From: Octopus vulgaris
Taxonomy: Eukaryota
Length of the DNA stretch: 64,000 nucleotides
NCBI GenBank assembly: GCA_951406725.2
Contig: OX597821.1
Location: 66,092,001 to 66,156,000, forward strand
Reading direction: 5' to 3'
Shown here: piece by piece, positions 52,030-64,000 of the stretch
Layout: each line of letters begins with the position of its first letter
How positions within the stretch are numbered: position 1 is the stretch's first letter
Notes under the pieces: model-generated
Seen by the model: the letters and a program-made list of their open reading frames with translations, nothing else
Databases searched by the model: none
Told to the model about the DNA's origin: nothing
Program-made: the position numbers and the translations under genes

Positions 52030-53490
52030 GTAGAGAAAGACCAAATACTGCTAAGTATTGGGTCTGGTACGGTAATGATTCTATGAGCTCACCACCTTTT
52101 GGTACATATTTTGGTTCCAAAATTTTGCACAAGGCCAGCAATTTCGAGAGAAGTAATCTAGTCAGTTGCATCAACCCCAGTGCTCAACGGATTCTTGTTT
52201 CATCGACCCCAAAAGAATGAAAGGCAAAATTTCATCCTTGAACTTAGAACTGACCCTAGAATGATGAAAAGTAAAGTTTATCGCAGTGGAATTTGAACTC
52301 ATAACTTTAAAAAGATGAAATGCCACTAAGCACTTTGCTCAGTATGCTAACAATTCTGCCAGCTCACTGCCTTTTGGTACATATCTATTGGTTACCAATT
52401 TTGGTGTGAGGCCAGCAGTTTCGAGGAGGGATTTAGTCGATTATTTTGACCCCAGTGCTCAACTGGTACTTATTTTATTAACCCCGAAAGGATGAAAGGC
52501 AAAGCTGACCTCAGCAGAATTTGAACTCAGAACGTAAAAATGGATGAAATACTGTTAAGCACTTTGCCCAGCCTGCAAGTGATGCTGCCAACTCAACACC
52601 TTTTGGTACATATGTATATATATATATATATATAGGCACAGGAGTGGCTGTGTGGTAAGTAGCTTGCTTACCAACCACATGGTTCTGGGTTCAGTCCCAC
52701 TGTGTGGCACCTTGGGCAAGTGTCTTCTACTATAGCCTCGGGCTGACCAAAGCCTTGTGAGTGGATTTGGTAGACGGAAACTGAAAAAAGTCTGTTGTAC
52801 ACATATATATGTGTATGTGTTTGCCCCCCCAACATCACTTGACAACCGATGCTGGTGTGTTAACGTCCCCGTAACTTAGCGGTTTGGCAAAAGAGACCAA
52901 TAGAATAAGTACTAGGCTTACAAAAAATAAATCCTGGGGTTGATTTGCTCGACTAAACGTGGTGCTCCAGCATGGCCACAGTCAAATGACTGAAACAGGT
53001 AAACGAATAAAAGAGTAAAGAGTATATATACTTTGGTTACCAATTTTGGCATGAGGCCAGAAGTGTGTGGAGCGGTTGTCAATCACATTGACCCCAGCGC
53101 TCAACTGGTACTTATTTTATTAACCCCGAAAGGATGAAAAGCAAAGCTGACCTCAGCAGAATTTGAACTCAGAACGTAAAAATGGATGAAATACCGTTAA
53201 GCACTTTGCCCAGCGTACTAACGATTCTGCCAGCTCACTGCCTTTTGGTACATATATATTGGTTACCAATTTTGGCACAAGGGCAGCAGTTTCGAGGAGG
53301 GGTTTATTTGATTACATCAACCCCCAGTGTCTCACTCATACTTATTTTATCAACCTGAAAAGAATATGAGGCAAAGCTGACCTCGGTGGAATTTGAACTC
53401 CAAACATGAAGATGGATAAAACGGTGCTAAGCATTTGGGCCCAGTGTGCTAACGATTCTGCCAGCTTGCCGCTTTCGGTACGTATATATT
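52030..53490 (-). repeat. Tandem array of five family C SINE units with a shared linker, interrupted by a family A SINE (52635-53022)
   Basis: The linker TTTTGGTACATAT..TTGGTTACCAATTTTGG recurs between the units. Confidence 0.85.
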
Positions 53491-53522
53491 GACAACAAGA
53501 AGCCTGTGACGGCGTCCTTTAC

Positions 53523-53900
53523 CTTGCTTCGTGTGCAACAGCAGCAGTAAATAGCAGCAACAGAAAATGGCAGCAGCAGCAGCAGCAACAACAGCAGCAG
53601 CAGAAAAGCGGCATCAACAGAACCAGCAACAGAAGTAGTAAATTGTAATGAGGTAACGGTGGGAGTGGTGGTAGGGGAATATAGGAATGACAGAAGAGAG
53701 GAATGTTCGGTGGAAGAGAATAGAGCAGAATCAAAGAATGAATGAAGAGATGAAATGAATGAACGGATGAACGGATGAATGGATGAATGGATATGATGGA
53801 TGTGAATAACCTAGACAGATAAATTGGAGTATGTGGAGGATGCTGAATGTGTGTGCATGTGTGTATGTGCATGTGTGTGTGTGTTTTCGAGAATCACGTG
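53523..53900 (-). other. Candidate upstream (5' UTR or alternative first) exon; 5' boundary unknown
   Basis: Donor CAAG|GTAAAG at 53523/53522. An ORF runs into it (…MPLFC11HFLLLLFTAAVAHEA, phase 2), and CpG-containing unique sequence lies upstream at 53880-54170. Confidence 0.35.
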
Positions 53901-54208
53901 CAGTAAGACAATTGGTGTTAATGTGTAGCGGGGTGGGGGACGGGCACGTTAAGTGTGGGAGGGAGAACAGATGAGAGAAGAAATACACGAAGAAGAAAAA
54001 GAGTACAAAAACAAAACCAAAACCAAAAACAAAAAAAAAAAATGTAAAGACAGGAAAAAGAGAAGGAGAAGAAGAAGTGACAGCTTATTCGGTTGTTCTG
54101 TTGTGAGCAAACATAATAACGACATCGAACGCAAAAACTGCCTCATCTCTGTCGTTGTCGCTGTCCTAATCATCATTACTATCATCATAATTATCATTAG
54201 TATGTGTA

Positions 54209-54251
<43 letters not shown>

Positions 54252-54266
54252 ATATATACACATGCA

Positions 54267-54310
<44 letters not shown>

Positions 54311-55154
54311 CACATATGTATATATGTATATATACATACACACACATGCATATATATATACATACATACATACATACATATATACACATGCATATATATA
54401 TATATACATACATACATACATATATACACATGCATATATATATATATATATACATACATACATACATATATACACATGCATATATATATATATACATACA
54501 TATATATATACATACATATACATACATATAAAAACATATATACATACATACATATATATGTCTATATATATATATGTATGTATATATGTATGTATGTATA
54601 TAAAAATATATGTATTTATGTGTATATATATATATGTGTATATATATGTATGTATATATATGTATATATATATATATATATAAATATGTGTATATATATA
54701 TGCATGTATATATATGTATGCATGTATGTATATATTACATATATATATATATATATATAAATATTTATATGTATATACATACATACACACACACACATAT
54801 ATACTTATATATAAAGTGCATGTGTTGTTTTCCATGTTCTTGTTGCGACTGCAGCTGTTGCTGATGACAATGACTTTGGTTTTGCTTCTTACGATGATGA
54901 TGATGACAACGATGATGATGGCAGTAATGATGCAGATGATATTCCCACCAGCACCAACATGAACATCAGTATCACCACCATCATCATCATCATCAGTAAC
55001 AACAGCAGTGGAGCCGATAGCAACATTAAATGATTGAGTCTATGTGGTAGCTCAACCTACAAGAAAGAACAATTGATTACTTTAAAACCAGGCCTTGTTG
55101 AGTTTTTACAAAATGAAGGACACACTAGATGATGTAATTTCAGATACAATTTGA

Positions 55155-55455
55155 ACAAGAGCACCCAGAAAGCACAAACTGCCACCAAGTCAACACTAAC
55201 GTCCTCTCAATGATTAGCCAGAGATGATTTTTTAAATGAGAATGAACCCAACTGCTTGTGAAAATTATGTTAAAAAAACAGGAAAAATAATCCAGAATCC
55301 TTCTCCAGCACTGGAGTCATGAGGCAGTCATGAGGCCAAACATCCCTGAAAGTTTCATCTGAATCCATCCAGTGGTTCTTGAGATATCTTGTCCATGGAC
55401 AAACAAACGAACATGACTGGAAATAATACCTCCGCCTTCGCTAAGGCAGAGGTAT
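55155..55455 (+). mobile_element. Non-autonomous Helentron-type element (HINE/DINE-1-like)
   Basis: Starts ACAAGAGCACCCAGAAAGCACAAAC; internal AAGTTTCATCTGAATCCATCCAGTGGTTCTTGAGAT...GACAAACAAAC; terminal hairpin AATACCTCCGCCTT-CGCT-AAGGCAGAGGTATT. Confidence 0.7.
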
Positions 55456-55643
55456 TGAGAGTCAGGATAGTCATAACTAGAGTGCATTCCATCGGATGTC
55501 TGGTTAACCGAACAATGACCTGTTGCTGTGGGTCAGCAATGATATAACTAGAAATCAAGGGCACATACATGCACATACATACATGCAAACACATACACAC
55601 ACACACACATATATATATACATTCATACATACATATATATATA

Positions 55644-55811
55644 TCCAAAATAAGCAACAAGGATAGCCAAGGTACTACACTACCTTGGATAACCATGTTG
55701 CTTATTTTGATTATAATCACCCCATTTAATTTATATGGATAATACTACACCAAATTCTGGTGCCTTTAACTTAAGTACCATATTCATCTGAATCTAAATT
55801 TTGCTGAACTT
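55644..55811. mobile_element. TA-embedded putative Penelope-like element, internally deleted
   Basis: Inverted repeat CAAAATAAGCAACAAGGATAGCCAAGGTA / TACCTTGGATAACCATGTTGCTTATTTTG, then the same tail as 22290-22335. Confidence 0.6.
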
Positions 55812-56742
55812 ATATATATATATATATATATATATATGCATATATATATATACACACATATACATATATGCACACACATACATACATATATACATACATA
55901 TATATGTACATGCATTCATACATGCGTACATACATGTATACATACATACATGCACATATATGCTAAGAGTGGTGTTTATGGTATTGCCTTTAGTCCATGG
56001 TTTACAATTGTCTCAACAACAGAGCTGTCAATCGTTGAGTGCTTCCTGTCGTAAATGCTTAGATAGTCTAATTCATTCATTGCTTATCAAATATGCTTGT
56101 ATGTGTGAAAAGGTGTACATACGTACATACACACACACACGTATATATGTATGCAAGTGTGCATATATATATATATAAAACCAATAACTGCCACAACTAC
56201 TTCAACACCACCAGTTGGAATATAAGGAAAATAGCGATGAGCTGGCAGAATCGTTAAGCACACCAGGCAAAATGCTTAGCGGTATTTTGTCTGCTGCTAC
56301 ATTCTGAGTTCAAATTCTGCCGAGGTCGACTTAGCCTGTCAACCTTTCGAGGTCAATTAGATAAATACCAGTTACGCACTGGGGTCGATATAATCGACTT
56401 AATTCCTTTGTCTGTCCTTGATTGTTTCCTTTATTTTTACCCCCCCCCTGTAGGCAATAGCGAAATAAATATATGGAAAATAGCAACAGCATTGACAATA
56501 TCATGAACTAAAATACCAGAAACTCAAGAACAACCACATGGAACGCTTTACAACTATACCGTTATGCATTCAGTGCTTTGTGCCTATCAATGCCTTGTGA
56601 GTCTAATTTAATAAACGGAAATTTAAAATAAGTACAGGATCCAACTAAAATAACCTCTAAAGGATTTTCATTTTTCTTCATTAGCCCCTCATGTTTAATT
56701 TGGTTCAACAGCACTCAGAACCAGCTAGATGAAGCCATAGTA

Positions 56743-57307
56743 TTGGGTTGTCCGGAAAGTTCGTGCCGATTTATAGTAGCTTACCTTTCGACTTATTTTA
56801 GAACATGGTTGAGGCCATAAAATAGGATTTGACTACACCTCCATTTAGAGCACAGTTTAAGCTATCTTCTCGTGAAAGAAGGTTTATGTTTCTATAACCT
56901 GTGTTAATTCTGTAACCCTTTAAAATAGAAGATAAGAAGATCATTTTCGGCACTTGATGCTTTGGGAACCAGACAAAAATTGCTGCAGCTCAGCTGGGAT
57001 GTGTTTCCTCACCCTCCATATTCACCAGATATTGCTTCTTTGGATTTCCGCTCATTCAGGTCTCTGCAGAATAGTCTTAATGGTAAAAATTTCAATTCCT
57101 TGGATGACGTAAACAGATACCTTGATGAATTCTTTGCCATGAAACCACCTCAATTCTGGGAAGAGGGCATTTCCAAGTTAAAGGAAAGATGGAGATGCAT
57201 TGTGCAACAAAATGGTTCATATTTGGCTGATTAAAAATGTAATGGCAAGTATTTATTGACCTTTTTCTTTCCTTTAAAAATAGGCACGAACTATCCGGAC
57301 AACCCAA
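56743..57307 (+). mobile_element. Mariner transposon, internal-deletion derivative (565 bp)
   Basis: TIRs TTGGGTTGTCCGGAAAGTTCGTGCCGATTT / AAATAGGCACGAACTATCCGGACAACCCAA with TA on both sides. Confidence 0.95.
56925..57234 (+). pseudogene. Mariner transposase remnant (N-terminal stub fused to C-terminal third)
   Basis: Stub DHFRHLML, then TRQKLLQLSWDVFPHPPYSPDIASLDFRSFRSLQNSL...FWEEGISKLKERWRCIVQQNGSYLAD (mariner HPPYSPDLAPSD motif). The DNA-binding domain and first two catalytic Asp are deleted. Confidence 0.92.
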
Positions 57308-58129
57308 TAGTAATGGCATGTTCGTGCACTTTGCAGTACGGTGGCAAAGGATGATGGAAATACTGTTACAATTGATAAAATCATCAATGCCGAATTTTCA
57401 AATAAGTCAACTGTTAAATAGATTTCATAATTTATTTTGTGTGTGTTGTATGCCTCTGTTGGTTTTTGGTTTCTGTGTTGTTGTTATTGTTGTTGTAAGA
57501 GATACACAAGCACCACACTTTCTTATCAATTAATCATGCATGTAAAACAAACAATTATTGCAACACATTATAAGAAATAAAATTAGATAGGAAAGCTCAG
57601 TCGATAGTAATATGAACAAGTACATGATATGTGTGCATATAACAACGATGGAAGCATTTAGAGCAAAATACAACATAAAAACGGACAAGTGAAAAAGATA
57701 GATAAAGCGTAAAGTGAGTGAGTGCATGGGTGACTGGGTGGATGGATGGATGGATGATTGGATGGATGGATGGATGGCTGAGAAAGATTATAGTGAGACA
57801 TCTTCAAACAAACAAGATATATTATGCAATAAAATACCTTGCCATGCGTACCTTTATATAAATAGATACATTTGCATCGATGTGCATACATACATGAATA
57901 TGTTTTACACACACACATACATGTATACATGCATGCATTTACATAAATTTAAAAAATCGAATCCACTAAGATTTTGTGTTAAGATAAACTGAAGTAAAAG
58001 AGATTATCAGATACATGAAGTGTGAAAGAGATAGACTGATAGAAATAATGCGAAAGTGATAGACAGAGAGAAATAGTGCGAAAGTGATAGTCAGATAGAA
58101 ATAGTACGAAAATGAGAGAGATAGAATAT

Positions 58130-58224
58130 GTGTGAAAAAGATAGATTAATATAGTTTGGAGAGAGAGAGAGAGAGAGAGAGAGGAAGAGAAACTGTTAGT
58201 GAAAAAGTGTAGATTAATATAGTT

Positions 58225-58257
<33 letters not shown>

Positions 58258-58285
58258 GAAGAGAGACTGTTATTGAAAAAGTGTA
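58130..58285. repeat. Two-copy tandem repeat containing (GA)n
   Basis: TAGATTAATATAGTTTGGA(GA)n..GAAGAGA.ACTGTTA.TGAAAAAGTGT twice. Confidence 0.85.
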
Positions 58286-58524
58286 AGTAATACTTTAAAA
58301 AGAAATCACTAATATAAAAAAAAAATGGATTGCTATGGCTGAAAGTCTTCCATCAATAATACAGCCCAGTCAAAGCTGACTTGAGACTAGACAACAATTG
58401 TGTTTCCAAGAAAGGAGAAATCCTCTTTATATTTCTGAAGTTTTGTAACCTAAACCATTGTTTGGTTCCCTTCCCTCTCAGTTTCATGCATTTCGCCCAT
58501 TACCTCTCAATTATAACGCAACAG

Positions 58525-58835
58525 CCTAGAGTATTCAGCTTATGATCTTAAGGTCGAAAGTTCAATTCCCGGTGAGGCGTTGTGTCCTTGAGCAAGACAC
58601 TTTATTTCTTTATTTCATGTTGCTCCAGTCCACTCAGCTGGCAAAAATGAGTAGTACCTGTATTTCAAAGGGCCAGCCTTGTCAAACTTTGTGTCATACT
58701 GAATCTCTCTGAGAACTATGTTAAGGGTACACGTGTCTGTGGAGTACTCAACCACTTGCACGTTAATTTGACGAACAGGTTGTTCGGTTCATCAGATCAA
58801 CTGGAACCTTCGTCATCATAACAGACAGAGTGCCA
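58525..58835 (+). mobile_element. SINE, family B head with tail 3
   Basis: CORE-like GTGTCCTTGAGCAAGACACTTTATTTC; tail GTACCTGTATTTCAAAGGGCCAGCC...GGGTACACGTGTCTGTGGAGT as in 6255-6420. Confidence 0.75.
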
Positions 58836-59719
58836 GAAAATAACGCAAAAAATATCCACTGCTCTCTCACTCAATAATAATAATAATAGTTTCAAATTTT
58901 GCCACAAGGGTAGCAATTATGGTGGGAGGGATGAATCGATTACATCAACCTCAGTGTTCGACAGGTACATGTTTTATCGACCCCGAAAAGATGAAAGGCA
59001 AAGTCGACCTCAGCGGAATTTGAACCCTGGACGTAAATGAAGACAGCTGAAATGCCACTAAGCAACTTGCCCAGCATGCTAACGATTCTGCCAATGGCGG
59101 GATTGCCTGAAACTCGGATATAATGCTTGACGGATCTTTATGTTTTAGAAATCAAATCTGACGAGGCCAACTTTGCTGTCCCTCCCGTCCGGGGGGGGTC
59201 GATGAAATAATAATGGTAATGATGATTTATTTGTCAAGCAAACAGGGTTTACATTAAGAAAAACATTAAAGGCAGCACAGGACAAAGATATCAACTGGGG
59301 GTATATGTGTGTGTGTGTTGGTGTGAGGGTTTTGTGTGTAAAAAAGGTTTAACAAAAGAAAAAACAAAAAGAAAACAGGAAAGAAAGAAATAATGGTTTA
59401 AAGCATCAGTCTAGTATTGGAATCGACTTAGTATTCGTATAAAGCATCTTATATGTGAATCGGATTATATTAGAAAACTTAAGATTGCACCAAAGAACAT
59501 ATTTCTCTAAAAAGAATTTTAAAAAAAAGAAAAAAACTTCCAGCGCATTAATATGACCGAATTACCATATTTGAGACTCATGTATACATCAGACGCACTC
59601 CAGTTTCAACAGCAGATATTCCTGTATAAGTTTTTAGTGTATTAAAGCATGGAATATTCAAAAGAACTTCGCATATAGAACCCAGGGTGAATTTTCAAGA
59701 CTTTATTTGGAAACAGTGC

Positions 59720-59767
<48 letters not shown>

Positions 59768-60398
59768 TGTATATATATTGAATGTATAATATATATATAT
59801 ATATATACATATATATGAATGTATATATATTGGCTAAACTGGCAATATGACCATTCCGAAATATAACAGTATAATATATATATATATGAATGTATATATA
59901 TTGAATGTATAATATATATATATAAATGTATATATATTGAATGTATAATATATATATATATATATACATATACACATTAGGCTTCTTTCAGTGTCCGTCT
60001 CCCAAATCCACTCATAAGGCTTTGGTCGACCCGAGGCTATAGTAGGACATACTTGCTCAAGGTGCCATGCAGTGGGACTGAACCCACAGACACACCTACA
60101 CCAGTGTTTGTAACATAGTTCAACTTCTAAAGGCAAATCTATAGCAGTTATCATTAAGGAAAAATGATCACTTATGATGAAAGGTGTAAAAACAATATAT
60201 CTGCTAAGTGCTACCCACTATTGGATTCCCAGACGCATTTCTAATGACTTTAAAATCTGCTCAGAGTTACTTTTCTTTGGTATTTCTCATTGATAACGGC
60301 CAAAGAGTTAGAAACGTGGCATGGAATCCGACAGGGGAAACTCTGGATACACATGGTGTTTTTTTACACAGTTTAACCAAGTTCGAATATATATATAT

Positions 60399-60922
60399 AA
60401 TCAAAATAAGCAACAGGATATCAAGAGGTGATGCAGTACAACCATTTCAAGTGTTTCCATTTCATTGAACAGTGCAATCATTACATTAATTTAAATGCAG
60501 TGCTATCATCAGTAGTTGATAAAAAGACAAATAAATTAGAAATGAACCACAATCATTTACAAGCTATGACCACAGTAGACTTCATGCCATTCTTGGAAAT
60601 GAAGTCTATTCTTAGCTACACTTAGCGACAACATGAATTTCTTCCATCTTCTTGCTCTGCTAAAATATTTGAGAAAAATTATATTAATGTGTCCAACTGG
60701 TTAAAATTCTATTTATCAGTGCAGCTGATGATAGTACTGCATTTAAACAAATGTAATGATTGCCACTGTTCAAATAAATGGAGCCGCTTTAGATGGTCGT
60801 ACTGCATCACTTCTTGATATTCTGTTACTTATTTCGATTTTATCCACCTTACATGGAGCTGTGCGGATAATACTGGACTGACTTGGTGCTTCAACTTAAG
60901 TACCTAGTTCAACTGAATCTTA
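60399..60922 (+). mobile_element. TA-embedded putative non-autonomous Penelope-like element with ~125-bp inverted repeats, each carrying a hammerhead remnant
   Basis: Arms 60399-60523 and 60712-60839 are inverted copies. The tail CAACTTAAGTACCTAGTTCAACTGAATCT is related to 22290 and 55768. Confidence 0.7.
60720..60806 (+). ncRNA. Degenerate type-I hammerhead ribozyme (inverted twin at 60432-60516, minus strand)
   Basis: tgcag-CTGATGA-[long stem II region]-(GAAA decayed)-t-ggtc-GTA-ctgca with perfect stem I tgcag/ctgca. The twin reads CTGATGA...cacttGAAAt-ggtt-GTA-ctgca and keeps GAAA. Confidence 0.6.
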
Positions 60923-60934
60923 TATTATTTCTAC

Positions 60935-61165
60935 ATACATACACAAATACATACACACATACATACATACATACATTACATACATATATACATTACATAC
61001 ATACATTACATACATACATTACATAAATTACATACATAAATTACATACATAAATTACATACATAAATTACATACATACATTACATACATACATTACATAC
61101 ATACATTACATACATTACATACATGCATTACATACATACATTACATACATATATATACATATATA
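60935..61165. repeat. (TACA)n/(TTACATACATACA)n compound microsatellite
   Basis: Direct reading. Confidence 0.9.
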
Positions 61166-61290
61166 TTCAATAAATCATATATCCACTTGCAAGAGAGTCC
61201 ATATGCCAACACTTTTTTAAGAGTCTGACGAAACGCTGTAAAGTTAAGCAATTTATGGACATGAAACCCAGGGTAACCCCATAAATCGGC
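61165..61290 (+). mobile_element. Short microsatellite-flanked element with hammerhead-like remnant
   Basis: 61211-61244 reads actt(t)-TTTAAGA-gtc-t-gac-GAAAC-gct-GTA-aagt; homologous to 8263-8360. Confidence 0.45.
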
Positions 61291-61332
61291 TAGATCTATC
61301 TATCTATCTACCTACCTATCTACCTACCTACC

Positions 61333-61373
<41 letters not shown>

Positions 61374-61874
61374 GTGTTGTATGATAATCAGCAGAAGTTA
61401 CCAATGTTTTCAAGGACCGAAGGTTTTGTACATGACCATTTTGCAATGTAGAAAACTCTCAGCTTTTGAGTCGCTTTGTAACTTCTGCCGATTGAAGTAA
61501 ATATACATACATATATATATATATACATACTCATGTTTTAAGTTCTATTTTTCCTGTTTGTATTAACCAACCTACACACACACACAAACTTAGTGTAAAG
61601 TAGTATTTTTTTTTTATTGTTTTCCAGTATCAATATCAATGTGATTTTTTTTATCTAGATGTGTACTTGAATATGTACTAGAGAATTTTATTTTAATGTA
61701 TATTTAAAAAAAAAAAGAAAATAAAGACGCAAATGTGCATTTTTACCAAGAATCTCTCTAAAGACAGATCTAATCACAGATTATATATATATACATAAAA
61801 AACACTTCTGACTCTTTTTTAAAACACACATTAAAATTTCGTAAGAACAAATCGATATTTTTTTGCTTTATTAC

Positions 61875-61907
<33 letters not shown>

Positions 61908-62327
61908 CATTATTATTATTATTTTATTTATTTATTTTTTGGTGTTGAAAGTTTTCATCAAAAGCGAAGTCGCATTACATGTGCGGATATATGCAAATAT
62001 ACTCACCCTTGCATATGACTACGATGACTGCAATGTTCGCACAAAACTATCTGTGTGTGTGAGTGTGAGTGTGTGTGTGTGTAAGTATGAAAGCATGTGT
62101 ACAGAGGTACACTCACTTTCTCTCTCTTTACTCTTTTTCTTGTTTCAGTCATTTGATTGTGGCCATGCTGGAGCACTGCCTTTAGTCGAGCAAATCAACC
62201 CCAGGACTTACTCTTTGTAAGCCTAGTACTTATTCTATTGGTCTCTTTTGCCGAACTGCTAAGTAAACTCACCAGCGTCGGTTGTCTAGCAATGTTGGGG
62301 GAAGGGGACAAACACAGACACACAAAC

Positions 62328-62364
<37 letters not shown>

Positions 62365-62769
62365 TATGACAGGCTACTTTCAGTTTCCATCTACCAAAAC
62401 AAGGTTTTGGTCGGCCCAAGGCTATAGTAGAAGACATCAGCACTTGTTACCCAGTGTCGGTGTGTTTATGTCCCCGTAACTTTGTGATTCGCCAAAAGAG
62501 ACTTATTGAATAAGTATTAAGCTTACAAAGAATAAGTACCAAGTTTGATCTGTTCAACTAAAACCCTTTAAGGCGGGGCTCCAGCATGGCCACAGTCAAA
62601 TGACTGAAACAAAACAAAAGAATATATATATATATATATGCATATGGTGATGTTGATGATAAATATATAATGTATATATATGTGTGTGTGTGTCATCATC
62701 ATCATGATCGGTTAACATCCGTTTTCCATGCTTGCATGGGTTGGATGGGGAAGCACAGGTTGTGTGTCC

Positions 62770-62801
<32 letters not shown>

Positions 62802-63807
62802 CCATAAATTCATGAAATACGAGAGGTGAATATATATTTATTTAACCACAGGTTTACATCCATTTCGCAACCTTCATGAATTCGCACCTTACACAAGGCG
62901 ATGCTGAATAGACATACAAGTACGTGTGTGTGTATGTGTTTGCATCTGGTTACAGGTAAACAAACCTGGGCCAAAAACCAGATCTACTCCTTCTCATTGT
63001 TCACGTTTCCCTTCGATATATTTATATTAACATGCTGTCCTTACACTAACAATAACCATATTAACTTAAACAATCTTCCTGATTAGTGCCTGTTGCCACG
63101 TCCTTATCTCTATTAATCCAAAATCTTCACAAACTTAAGCCGACTTGATCCTTAAGGTTTTATAGACAATAACTAATTCCGATCCACATAGCTGCGCTAA
63201 CTAAAGCTGACTTGAGCCAAGTCATATTGATTTACAAAACATCGCTAAAACAAGCTGACTTTATCCAGAAGGTTTTATTAGCTATAGCCGTCTTGATCCA
63301 AAAAGCATCATTGGCTAAACACTTCTCGTGCTTTTGCAACCTTAAACTGACTTCATCTAAAAAGCTGCACTGTCTAGAGATTTTTGTTTGCACAAAAAAA
63401 ACTTATAATTGTATATAATTATTTTCTTTATTAATGTGTGTGCGCAAGTGTGTGTCTGCATCTTAGGAAAGTCACTTCTACAATAGCCCCGGTTGTAGGC
63501 CTGTAGGGGGAAAACTGTGCTGAAGACTGTTGTATACATATGTTTGTATCCCCACACCACTTGATAACCGATGTTGGTTTGTTTACATCTCTGGAACTGA
63601 GGTTTTGCAAAAGGAGCAGATAGACTATATACCAGACTAAAAAATAAGTACAGGGAAAAAGAAGAGATGGCCACAAATGAAATGCAATTGAGAATAAGGC
63701 ATGTTCAATTGGAGTTGACCTGACATAACATCGATAAACAGGAAAGAACAAAGAATCTTCCATATGTTAGAGATCTATTAGATAATGTTATTTTAAATAC
63801 ACTGTAT

Positions 63808-63853
<46 letters not shown>

Positions 63854-64000
63854 AGGGAGGAGAGAGGAAGGGAGAGAGAATGAACGGGGATTATCACAGC
63901 TTGTACGCTTTTGATCATAGATCTGCTTCACCAAAATTGACCTGAGATTAAACAACAACAGTAAGTCTACGAACTCTCTTGGAATCGTATTACCATTGTT

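Noticed and set aside
52030-53490. CRISPR-like regularly spaced repeat (TTTTGGTACATAT linker)
   Set aside because: The spacers are homologous SINE units rather than unique sequences; eukaryotic context and no cas genes.
59720-59975. Repeated ATGAATGTATATATATTGAATGTATAAT units
   Set aside because: Ordinary TA-derived minisatellite inside a SINE A linker.
62852-62920. Plus-strand mini-exon between CACAG and GTACGT
   Set aside because: Stops in all three frames and a weak pyrimidine tract.

Overview
AT-rich, microsatellite-saturated eukaryotic DNA. The SINE/LINE repertoire looks to me like an Octopus (coleoid cephalopod) genome; that is inference from repeat recognition, not a database search. 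Nearly all supplied ORFs are (TA)n/(CA)n/(ATG)n artefacts. The window is dominated by tRNA-headed SINEs (CORE-like, Nin-like and V-like domains), 3' fragments of an RTE-clade LINE, and non-autonomous DNA transposons (mariner, hAT, piggyBac, Helitron, Helentron). It is probably intronic sequence of a large minus-strand gene. The best candidate exon is 27120-27290 (ATG, hydrophobic leader, phase-1 donor), with a possible upstream exon ending at 53523. The most unusual signal is a set of short non-coding elements, mostly flanked by (TA)n runs, that carry degenerate type-I hammerhead ribozyme cores and inverted duplications, as expected of non-autonomous Penelope-like retroelements. One has a tRNA-derived Pol III head duplicated in inverted orientation. 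A minimal SINE is built from a nearly intact tRNA-Glu, and SINE heads and tails are visibly shuffled between families. Coordinates were counted by hand and repeat boundaries are approximate.
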